A stretch of DNA of 64,000 nucleotides from Candidatus Gottesmanbacteria bacterium (GTDB taxonomy: Bacteria; Patescibacteriota; Microgenomatia; 2-02-FULL-39-11), in NCBI GenBank assembly GCA_016195685.1, contig JACPZE010000044.1:633-64632 (forward strand), given 5' to 3'. A program made the position numbers and the translations under genes. Below, piece by piece: positions 17,247 to 25,470 of the stretch. How positions within the stretch are numbered: the first letter of the stretch is position 1; each line of letters begins with the position of its first letter. The notes under the pieces were generated by a model. That model ran no database searches. It saw nothing but the letters and a program-made list of their open reading frames with translations, and was not told the DNA's origin.

Positions 17247-18763
17247 TTGCCTCAAATTTTTATTGGTGACAGATGGAAGAAAATAGTACTTTTCATTGTA
17301 TTTTTTAATCTTTTTCTCGCATCATGGTATTTCATACAGGGAGATCTGAATTTTAACACAGATATTGCCAGAGACTTTTTATTATTAGAGGACCTCAAAC
17401 AAAAAAAAGTTGTGCTCATCGGTGCTCGTGCAGGACCAGCCGGTTTTTTCCATGGTCCGGCCTGGATGTATCTGAATCTTCCTATTTATATACTCGGTAA
17501 TGGGAATCCAGTTGTTGTCGGATGGTTTTGGATAGCTCTTACAATTGGATTTCTTTTTTACAGTTTTAAAATTGCAAAAAAAATATTCGATGAAAAACTG
17601 CTTACGTTTATATTCTTTTTATGTCCTGTTATCTTATTCATTTTACCTGGGCATACTCCCATCAATATATGGGGATGATGCTGATGCCTCTTTTTTTCTA
17701 TACATTTATTCAATATATAAAGACTTTAAACGCTAAATATCTGGCATCAAATGTTTTTCTTGGTGGGATGCTTATCCAGTTTGAAATTGCCTACGGAGGC
17801 CCCCTTTCTTTTATCTTTTTGCTCTTTGTACTTTTGAAAAATAAAAAATTCCTGCATATTTTATTATTTGGACTTATTCTTATTCCACTTTCAACTTATA
17901 TTATGTTTGATCTCCGTCATAATTTTATGTTGCTTAAGAGTCTTCAAGTTTACATGAAAGGTAATCCACAGGAGCATTACGTAAGTATTCTTAGTATTAT
18001 AAAAAACCGCTTCGAATACATGACTTCTTCAGCAGTACCATTGTTATGGGATCTGCCAAATTCTAATAAAATATTAGCTGTTCTTGTTTTGGGGTTTCTG
18101 TTAAAGCTTGCTTCTTTTAATAAAGTAGATAATAAATATAAATATTTTTTCTATTTTTTCTTCGGATACTTTCTTTTTAGTTTAACCAACAGATACTATC
18201 TACTTTCACAGCATTTCCTTGGATTTATTCCAATTGTCATTATGATGATTGCTTCTTTGGTTACCTCCCGTTACGCAAAATATATCGTGATATTATTTTT
18301 ATTTATTATGCTAAATAATGAAGTTGAAGCAATAAAATTTGTTGCAGCATCAAATAATATTATTGGATTTGCAGAAAGGAGCTGGAAATTTTACGATACG
18401 CTTTCCCAAAAAGCGTTTACTGCTGGTTCTGAAAAAGAGTTTGGATATTTTGTGTGGACTCCAGATAAATTTGCGTATTCCCCTCGTTATGCCATGGTGT
18501 ATGGACAAAAAACACATCCCGATAAAATAGCATATTCCTTTACCAAAAAGCCTGTTACTTATCTAGTTATGGCTCCTCCTCCCAAAGAAGATCCATGGGT
18601 AGATGGTAAATTTTGGAAAGTACACTCGATAGTGATCGATAAGAAACCAGTCAGTGTAATTTCTTTTCCAAATGGGTATCGGATAGACCGATATGAATTG
18701 ACAGATAAAGAAGTTGCTACTCCATTTGATCCGACTCAGGATATGGGTATCCACTTTCGATGA
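17247..18763 (+). pseudogene. GT-C (GT39/ArnT-like) membrane glycosyltransferase split by a frameshift near 17594-17678 (pseudogene, sequencing error or programmed shift)
   Basis: Two overlapping ORFs (17247..17678 and 17621..18763) in different frames. Both are polytopic membrane sequence, and DIARDFLLLED is a GT39-like motif. An A8 homopolymer lies at 17576-17583. Confidence 0.45.
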
Positions 18764-18873
18764 TGACCTTTTATAGTTTTCCGGTTTACAAAATATTTAT
18801 ACAAGCAAATCAGAAGGTTCTAAATCTAAATCAATAAATCGATGAATTATGATTTTAATTAACAGATTTAAAT

Positions 18874-20052
18874 CTAAAGTAGAAACTGTGCAGGAGAAAT
18901 CGAGGGGGTAGGTTCAGTATAATTTCCACTCATATCTGTCAGAACTTTATCAGGAGTAAGTGCGTAATTATATATACGTACCTCATCAATGATTCCGTTA
19001 TAAATATAGTTACCCCCGGCTCTGGATCCAATATTAGGAAAAACGTCGTTTTGAATTCCATCCTTCAGACTATCTACACTAATGTTTGATAGTTGTTCTT
19101 TTCCATCTAGGTATATTTTTACTCCTTGGGCTTTGCTAGATCCATCATACGTCATAGCTACATGATGCCAGAGATTATTATTTACCGGCGTCTGCCCGTA
19201 AACATAGATGGCATTATCGGACCAGGTGTTGATTAAATATACTCCCAGCTGGTTATTCTTGTTTATAAAAAATTCATACCCTCGATTTCCATGTTCATTC
19301 TCCATTTTGGAAAATATTGTACTTTCCTTATCCGTTTCTGCATACTTGATCCAAGATTCTATGGTAAAAGGGTTTGTCCTTTCAAAACTAAAATTTAGCT
19401 TATTACTAACCCAAATTGAACTATCCCATCCATTGAAAAGCCTCGCTTTCCCTATTTTGCCTGTGGTAAAAACGGTGCTTGTTGAACCGCTGATATTATT
19501 ATTCCCTGACATATCATATGCAGTGATCAAGTCTTTATCACTATCAAATGGCCAGTAAGCAACAAGTTGCGGAGGTTTCATTGGAGGAGGTTTGAGTGTA
19601 GGTGTGGGTAAATTCCGAATCAAAAAATCAGGTACAGTATACTCAATACAATCATACCCTTTCTTATGTTTCCACTGATCGTAATAAGAGGATGGGTAAG
19701 AATACCTGTCACTGATTGTATCATTAGAATCTGTAGAAAAATCGGTGCACAGTTTATACCCTTTGTCATTCAAAACAATATAATCATAATCTTTTCTTGT
19801 TTTTGGATCTTTAATCGCTACCTTTGATTTTAAATCTGTAAGTTGATTCGGTAATTTATAATTCGTGCTGAAGAACTTTTCTATCTCATACCTTATACTG
19901 CCAAAATCACTTAATCTGGTATTGTCGAATGATTTATCTCTTTGTGCAAACGGATTACCGACAATTGTTAAACCCAAAAGGACGACCGTAAATACGAGTA
20001 TTCCCAAGAATCCAATAAAAATATAATAATTACGCATTTGCATTCCTGTCAT
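18874..20052 (-). CDS. Membrane-anchored LamG (concanavalin A-like lectin) domain protein with a pilin-like N-terminal helix
   Basis: N-terminal TM with a pilin-like region following the TM (DNTRLSDFGSIRYEIEKFF) but no G-FTLIE motif. C-terminal LamG region KIGKARLFNGWDSSIWV...NNLWHHVAMTYDGSS...IDEVRIYNYALTPDKV. Confidence 0.65.
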   Translation of the reverse strand: MTGMQMRNYYIFIGFLGILVFTVVLLGLTIVGNPFAQRDKSFDNTRLSDFGSIRYEIEKFFSTNYKLPNQLTDLKSKVAIKDPKTRKDYDYIVLNDKGYKLCTDFSTDSNDTISDRYSYPSSYYDQWKHKKGYDCIEYTVPDFLIRNLPTPTLKPPPMKPPQLVAYWPFDSDKDLITAYDMSGNNNISGSTSTVFTTGKIGKARLFNGWDSSIWVSNKLNFSFERTNPFTIESWIKYAETDKESTIFSKMENEHGNRGYEFFINKNNQLGVYLINTWSDNAIYVYGQTPVNNNLWHHVAMTYDGSSKAQGVKIYLDGKEQLSNISVDSLKDGIQNDVFPNIGSRAGGNYIYNGIIDEVRIYNYALTPDKVLTDMSGNYTEPTPSISPAQFLL

Positions 20053-20701
20053 CTTTAATTTGATAAATGTAATAGCTAAAAATAATACTGCTTATTGCTA
20101 AAGTTACCAGCAGATGAAGTATGAAATTGGATGTAATGTTACCATTTAGTATTGTATAGACTGTAGAGATAATCTTGTATATAAATATGAGGAATGTCAC
20201 TACAAGAGTAAAATAAATTAGCATCTTTCTCGGCATTAAAGTTCTCAATATCGGATTTTCTATAGTCTTTCTAGTAATCCGTAAAAAGAAAAATGCAAAT
20301 AGTAGATAAGAGACAATTAGTGCTGCTAGATAAGCCCGTATAAGCGTTTGAAGAAACAAAGAAAAATAATCTTTAACACTATTAGGAGGTACTGCAAGAA
20401 CCCATTTGTCTATAAAAGCATGAAGCATCAATCCGAGCGAAGTAGCTAAAACATAAAGACTGATAAACATCAGTATATGTTCAAAAGTATCCCAATCCCA
20501 CATACTATTGTGTAAATTAATGGTTATATTATTATTAGAATTTGGCGGAACAGGAATTGCGGGTTGAACTTCATCTGTGAACCCTTTTTTAATTTCTTCT
20601 TCCTCCCAACCGACTTTAAGTAGAGAAGCAATAATTTGTTTCTTCGGGATTTTTTGTAATTTTGCCAGCTTTATATAATTGGTAATTGCTTCTTGTACCA
20701 T
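20030..20701 (-). CDS. Hypothetical 4-TM membrane protein, probably co-transcribed with the LamG protein (23-nt overlap)
   Basis: ORF with four hydrophobic segments and a cytoplasmic N-terminal domain. No family recognised. Confidence 0.55.
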   Translation of the reverse strand: MVQEAITNYIKLAKLQKIPKKQIIASLLKVGWEEEEIKKGFTDEVQPAIPVPPNSNNNITINLHNSMWDWDTFEHILMFISLYVLATSLGLMLHAFIDKWVLAVPPNSVKDYFSLFLQTLIRAYLAALIVSYLLFAFFFLRITRKTIENPILRTLMPRKMLIYFTLVVTFLIFIYKIISTVYTILNGNITSNFILHLLVTLAISSIIFSYYIYQIKDDRNANA

Positions 20702-20742
20702 TTATATCTACTATAAACTGGATTCAGAAGAAATGTCAATTT

Positions 20743-21114
20743 TTAAATTGTTGCATTACTATAAGCAAGCGGAAATTGCTGAAAAATAATCCTCCATTCC
20801 CTGAGTGTCTGAACACATCCATCTACAATCGAGTTCGAAAGAATGAAACGATAGTCCACATTTGTTGATGCGGAAGCCGCAATATCATTGATTATCTTGA
20901 ATGGAAGCCCTAAACTTGGGTTCGAAAAGCCATCAATATTAAAGATTACTCCTTTTGGGAAAATTAGCCTCTGGTATTTTGTCTTCGCTTCATAAAGAGC
21001 GTCATACCAAGCTAATTCTGGGGTTCTAATAAATGCAGTACCAAAATTAAGAAGTGCGTCTATCTCAAGCTCTTCTGTATAAGTCTCATTCAGGCTCATT
21101 TTGGCAAGAGTCAA
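20743..21114 (-). CDS. Hypothetical protein (123 aa) with a paralogous C-terminal fragment at 23338..23514
   Basis: ORF; its C-terminal 27 codons are conserved at the amino-acid level in a second copy 2.5 kb downstream. Confidence 0.45.
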   Translation of the reverse strand: MTLAKMSLNETYTEELEIDALLNFGTAFIRTPELAWYDALYEAKTKYQRLIFPKGVIFNIDGFSNPSLGLPFKIINDIAASASTNVDYRFILSNSIVDGCVQTLREWRIIFQQFPLAYSNATI

Positions 21115-21119
21115 TTTCT

Positions 21120-21293
21120 GTTCTCCTCGGCGATCTTAATGATGACGGGAAGGTGGACATCTTTGATTATAACCTCGTCATTACCAATTTTGGAAAAACT
21201 CATACTCCCAGAACGCTAAGCAGGGATGCAAACGGTGTTGCCAAAGTCGACATTTTTGATTATAATCAAGTGGTAACGTATTTTGGCACATGA
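21120..21293 (+). pseudogene. Orphan dockerin module fragment (two Ca-binding repeats) with no catalytic or signal region
   Basis: DLNDDGKVDIFDYNLVITNFGK...DANGVAKVDIFDYNQVVTYFG. GC-rich relative to its surroundings. It ends 3 nt before the next gene's ATG. Confidence 0.4.
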
Positions 21294-21296
21294 GCA

Positions 21297-22607
21297 ATGG
21301 ATCTTTTGAAGCACATCATTACAACTTTCGTACTCCTATTACTCCTGCGACCTCCAGTTGTGTTTGCCCAGTCATCGTCACTTCTTACCCTTATCAACAG
21401 TGGTAAATCACTCATGTTCATTGGCGCCCACGCCGACGACGCAAACATTGCAGCGCCACTTCTCGTCCGCGGCTGTGTGGCTAAAAAATCAAAGTGTACC
21501 ATTGTGTCGATTGACCGGGCAAAATCGCCAGACGGAACCCAAGTTGATACTGAGTTTCGCACCTATACGTATCTCCTCAATACGAACGGCGTTGGCTTGG
21601 GATATCCATCTGGTACGCAGGGGGCGGGATTTGATGGTAATCCAGAGATTGTTATTGCAAACTGGAAGGCCATAGGTGACGTTGAAGGTGATATTTTAGC
21701 ACTTATTAATCAAGAAAAACCTGATGTCGTTATCACGCAGGAACCGACTCACGGGGTCTATGGGCACCCAGATCATCGCGCCATTGGCAGGGTTGTCACC
21801 AATGTCTTTCAAAAGAACAGTATTAATGCTTACCTCTACTATCAAATCGTCCGTTACTCATCGATTTTAGGTGGTAATCTTGACCCATTGCCTATCACCG
21901 ATACCATTGACGAACGTGATCGACTACCCGAGCTCAATAATGAAACGCCGTGGAATACTGCCTTAGGCGCACTGAGAACGATCCGTTTCGACCCAGGCTT
22001 TTTCGATTTAATTGCCTCTATCCCATCAGACGAGCAAATAAGTTGGAATCGGCTCGTGCAAACACCACAACAACCAGAAACCAGTCCAACACCAACAAGC
22101 GCCCCGACAGCTACGTCCATTCTTCTGCCGGCAACCACCCCGACGAGCATTCCAACTCCAGGCGCAGGTATCAGCCTAACCCCCACACCTGCCTATTTTC
22201 CTGACGATATCAATCATGATGGAAAAGTCGATATCTTCGACTATAATCTCCTAGTCACCGACTTTGGCAAGACAGGTTCCCCAGGTTTTTCAAAAGCAGA
22301 TTTAAACAATGACGGTAAAGTGGATATGTCAGATTTTAATATATTTATGGCTAGCGTTAAAAATCAACTATCAGTTTCTCCTACACTCATCTTAGCTCCT
22401 ACGCCAACCTATATTCCGACGATAATTCCTTCTCACACGGTATCCTTAACATCATGTGCATATAAACCCAATGGTGCAATTTGCATTGTAAATAACCAAG
22501 CAGGAGTCTGCAGCCATCACCAGTGTATTCCTCCTAATCATCCCCAACCGACTTCACCACCTGTAGACTGTGATTCACCAAACTCACCTAAATATTGTAA
22601 TTATTAA
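21297..22607 (+). CDS. Secreted LmbE/PIG-L family (CE14) deacetylase with a C-terminal dockerin and a Cys-rich tail
   Basis: Signal peptide. GAHADDANIA and HGVYGHPDHRAIG are LmbE-like motifs. P/T-rich linkers. DDINHDGKVDIFDYNLLVTDFGK and DLNNDGKVDMSDFNIFM are dockerin repeats. The gene is clearly GC-richer than its flanks. Confidence 0.7.
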   Translation: MDLLKHIITTFVLLLLLRPPVVFAQSSSLLTLINSGKSLMFIGAHADDANIAAPLLVRGCVAKKSKCTIVSIDRAKSPDGTQVDTEFRTYTYLLNTNGVGLGYPSGTQGAGFDGNPEIVIANWKAIGDVEGDILALINQEKPDVVITQEPTHGVYGHPDHRAIGRVVTNVFQKNSINAYLYYQIVRYSSILGGNLDPLPITDTIDERDRLPELNNETPWNTALGALRTIRFDPGFFDLIASIPSDEQISWNRLVQTPQQPETSPTPTSAPTATSILLPATTPTSIPTPGAGISLTPTPAYFPDDINHDGKVDIFDYNLLVTDFGKTGSPGFSKADLNNDGKVDMSDFNIFMASVKNQLSVSPTLILAPTPTYIPTIIPSHTVSLTSCAYKPNGAICIVNNQAGVCSHHQCIPPNHPQPTSPPVDCDSPNSPKYCNY

Positions 22608-22616
22608 TGAATTAAT

Positions 22617-23282
22617 ATGTTGAAATTAAATCTTACAAAAAAATCATACACTACAGTGCTAATCTTACTTTTTCTTCTGGTGGGATTAGCCTCTACGGTG
22701 TATCTATCCATGTCATATCTGGATATCAGAAAGAAAGCATCATATTCCGGAGCAACACTTGAACTTATTCCAGCAAGTATCATTAAAAACACAGGGGATA
22801 CATTCACAGTGGGAGTAGCCGTAAACACAGGAGATGAGACTGTCTCTGGAGCAGATGTCCATATAATTTATGAGGCTGATAAACTTGAAGTTCAAAGTAT
22901 TACCCCCGGTAACTTTCTGCCTAATATCTTTTCAGCCGGAAACTTTGGAGGAGGTAATGCTTCAATTGCATTAGTCAGCCAACCCGATAAACCACAAAAA
23001 GGATCTGGTATATTAGCCTCTATCAATTTCAAAGTCTTATCTAGTACACCTACAGTCATAAATTTCTCCTCAAATACTAAGATAGCTGCAATAGGAAAGA
23101 CCACTAATGTACTTACCAGTACCCAGGCAGCTGTGATAAATACTCCTTTGGCCACCATCAGTTCTTCGTCTTTTGCTTCTCCTAGCAGCATAGTAACACC
23201 TTCAATTGTTTCACCAACCCTTGCTATTACTCCTACCCTTAAAGTTCCTAGCCCTACGTCTATCACACCAGGAGACGGATAA
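22617..23282 (+). CDS. Membrane-anchored cohesin-like domain protein with an S/T/P-rich C-terminus
   Basis: N-terminal TM anchor. ATLELIPASIIKNTGDTFTVGVAVNTGDETVSGADVHIIYEADKLEVQSITPGNF resembles the cohesin beta-sandwich pattern. Confidence 0.45.
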   Translation: MLKLNLTKKSYTTVLILLFLLVGLASTVYLSMSYLDIRKKASYSGATLELIPASIIKNTGDTFTVGVAVNTGDETVSGADVHIIYEADKLEVQSITPGNFLPNIFSAGNFGGGNASIALVSQPDKPQKGSGILASINFKVLSSTPTVINFSSNTKIAAIGKTTNVLTSTQAAVINTPLATISSSSFASPSSIVTPSIVSPTLAITPTLKVPSPTSITPGDG

Positions 23283-23337
23283 CTCTGATAGATTAATACC
23301 AGGGGGGGTAAGGAATAGAATCTTCTTCGGTACAAAT

Positions 23338-23514
23338 TACAGAGTGTAAACCAAATTTAGTGGATACTGCTGGAAAACAATCCTCCAATCCTTTAAAGTC
23401 TGTATCAAATCATCTATAATCTGGTTCGTAAGGACTAAACGATAGTCCACTGAAAAATTTCTGATGAAATTTTCCAGTGCAAGCACAATAAAGGTGATTT
23501 TTTCGGTGTAAACA
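23338..23514 (-). pseudogene. 5'-truncated paralog fragment of the 20743..21114 gene (C-terminal about 58 codons, no start)
   Basis: The minus-strand frame ...SVDYRLVLTNQIIDDLIQTLKDWRIVFQQYPL...* aligns with ...NVDYRFILSNSIVDGCVQTLREWRIIFQQFPL...* of the full gene. Nucleotide identity is about 75% over 82 nt, with conservative amino-acid substitutions. Confidence 0.5.
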
Positions 23515-23523
23515 CATTATTTT

Positions 23524-23558
23524 TTCTCACACAAGTAATTTCCCATAACTGATATATT
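23524..23558 (-). pseudogene. Duplicated remnant of the carbamoyltransferase 3' end (encodes ...ISVMGNYLCEKK*)
   Basis: 31/34 nt identical to 25475..25508, which encodes the genuine C-terminus ILVMGNYVCEK* of the carbamoyltransferase. The two copies flank the 615-aa gene as direct repeats. Confidence 0.55.
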
Positions 23559-23620
23559 ACCAAAACTTTATACGTCTTGAAAATGTTGACAATGCAGATT
23601 CTTATTCTTATTCTGGTTAT

Positions 23621-25468
23621 ATGAAGTCTTTTCCCAAAATAAGTACAGTAGGAATTTTTCTAATACTTTTAATTTCGACGATTCTTCTTATTTCAGGATT
23701 TGCAATAGGGTATAAAACTTCACGAACAGATATATTCTCAAGAGCAGAATCTGGCCTAGCTCCGACTCCGCCTGCTTCACAATACGGAAGTATATCAGGT
23801 ACAATCACTATAGATAAAAATGTCTATGACAGTCTGGATAAATCGAGATCACTGGTAGTTTCTTCCTGTGATGTTGTACCTAAACCAACTATTGATCCCC
23901 AGGATCAGTTTCAGAAAGAAAATACTGTTGATATAAAAGATAAATATCTGGATTGTCCTAGAAATAATTGGTTTTTAGTATCCTTGGTTAAACCGGCAAA
24001 GTTTGAATATAATAAATATATTTTTCGGTATAACTTAGATAAAGTACCAATCGGAACCAGGGGAATCACTCTTCTCTCCTATTATTTTACTTCCAGAGAT
24101 GAAATTGTAGGAATTCTTTTTCCAGATAAAACAACGATAGAATCGCAAAATTGTGAGCTATTTGAAACTGACTATAAACAAGATTGTACATTAAGTATTG
24201 ATCAGGGAAGTGAGGTTAAACTGGATTATAAAATTTCTAAATCTGCCAGTAATGAAGTAAATAATGAATTATATCTTTATTCTTTGATTGGGAAAGATAA
24301 TAAAGTAGCATTAAACAAATGGTTGGAAAAAGCAGATAAGGAGACGTATAACCAGGCATTATCACTTATTACTTCTTCAGTGATAAATGTGAAGATTGAA
24401 AAAAATGAAGATTATAAACCTGTCTATTTCATCATAAAAGAGGCTGTATATGATTATCTTTTATCAAATCCAGGAAAAAACGTAATATATAAGTCAACCC
24501 GGAAAGATGAAAATTATTATAATGCGATTGCCACAAGCGGTATGTACAATATTCTACAACGCAGTTGGATGCCGGAAACAGTTGCGGGTCATATATTTGT
24601 AGCGGAACTTTTACCTACGTATTTTAAAAACTTCGGATCAATGGAAAATTACATACTTAAATATTCTGCACATATATATCCTACTTATTATCCGGGTTAT
24701 ATCCTTCAGGGAAGCGGGTTATATACTTATCTAAAAGATAAAATCATGCAAAGATTTGGTATAGATGATAAACGTTTTGCAGATATAACTCTCAGCATCA
24801 TCTATAACCGTTATAATCAAAAGGCAGAGGATGTAGAGATTATAGATGTAATTGAAGATGAAGCAAAAAACTGGGTAGAAGACAGTAAATCTTTTATAGT
24901 TGAAGAATATGATAAAAGTAATGAGCCAATCAGCACTTCGACAATACTGAGGTATTATCTGGAAAAAAACAACGGTAATCTTTCAGAATCATTGTGGGAT
25001 GTGGCAATCCTTTACAAGATTCTTGTGCGCTTCGATCATTTTGATAATACTCCATTATTTATTGTTAAACCTGATACTATTGAAACTAAATTTTCCGTAG
25101 AAAAAGCAAGTAAAGTCGCAGGTTTTACAGCAAAATATATAAAAGATGAGTTTACTAAAGTAAATAATTTTAATTCACTCAAGCAAAATTTAGATACAAA
25201 TGCCTCAGGAAATGAATCGGAAATTTATTATGACCCTAATAATCCGGAAATATCATTAGTGAATCAAGTAGGTAACGCCTATCGAAAAATGAACACGATT
25301 TCTTTACTAGTGTCGTACCCGCCAAATTTCTTGAAATTTCTTATGGTTGTGGAGAGTCAGTATAAAGGAGATGTTCATGGAATTGTAAAAAAAGAAGTTG
25401 ATTATGATGCAGCTCTATCCTTGGATGAAGTAGATAGTTATCTACAGTCATTTCTAAATAGTCCTTAA
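23621..25468 (+). CDS. Large secreted/membrane-anchored hypothetical protein (615 aa); no recognised domain
   Basis: N-terminal TM/signal (ISTVGIFLILLISTILLISGFAIG). Putative promoter TTGACA at 23588. Flanked by about 35-40-bp direct repeats. Confidence 0.6.
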   Translation: MKSFPKISTVGIFLILLISTILLISGFAIGYKTSRTDIFSRAESGLAPTPPASQYGSISGTITIDKNVYDSLDKSRSLVVSSCDVVPKPTIDPQDQFQKENTVDIKDKYLDCPRNNWFLVSLVKPAKFEYNKYIFRYNLDKVPIGTRGITLLSYYFTSRDEIVGILFPDKTTIESQNCELFETDYKQDCTLSIDQGSEVKLDYKISKSASNEVNNELYLYSLIGKDNKVALNKWLEKADKETYNQALSLITSSVINVKIEKNEDYKPVYFIIKEAVYDYLLSNPGKNVIYKSTRKDENYYNAIATSGMYNILQRSWMPETVAGHIFVAELLPTYFKNFGSMENYILKYSAHIYPTYYPGYILQGSGLYTYLKDKIMQRFGIDDKRFADITLSIIYNRYNQKAEDVEIIDVIEDEAKNWVEDSKSFIVEEYDKSNEPISTSTILRYYLEKNNGNLSESLWDVAILYKILVRFDHFDNTPLFIVKPDTIETKFSVEKASKVAGFTAKYIKDEFTKVNNFNSLKQNLDTNASGNESEIYYDPNNPEISLVNQVGNAYRKMNTISLLVSYPPNFLKFLMVVESQYKGDVHGIVKKEVDYDAALSLDEVDSYLQSFLNSP

Positions 25469-25470
25469 TA

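Noticed and set aside
21266-22204. Several overlapping ORFs on both strands inside the LmbE-dockerin gene (21266..21562-, 21358..21675+, 21854..22186-, 21950..22204+)
   Set aside because: The locally higher GC lowers stop-codon frequency and produces spurious long ORFs. Only the frame with signal peptide, LmbE motifs and dockerin repeats is coherent.
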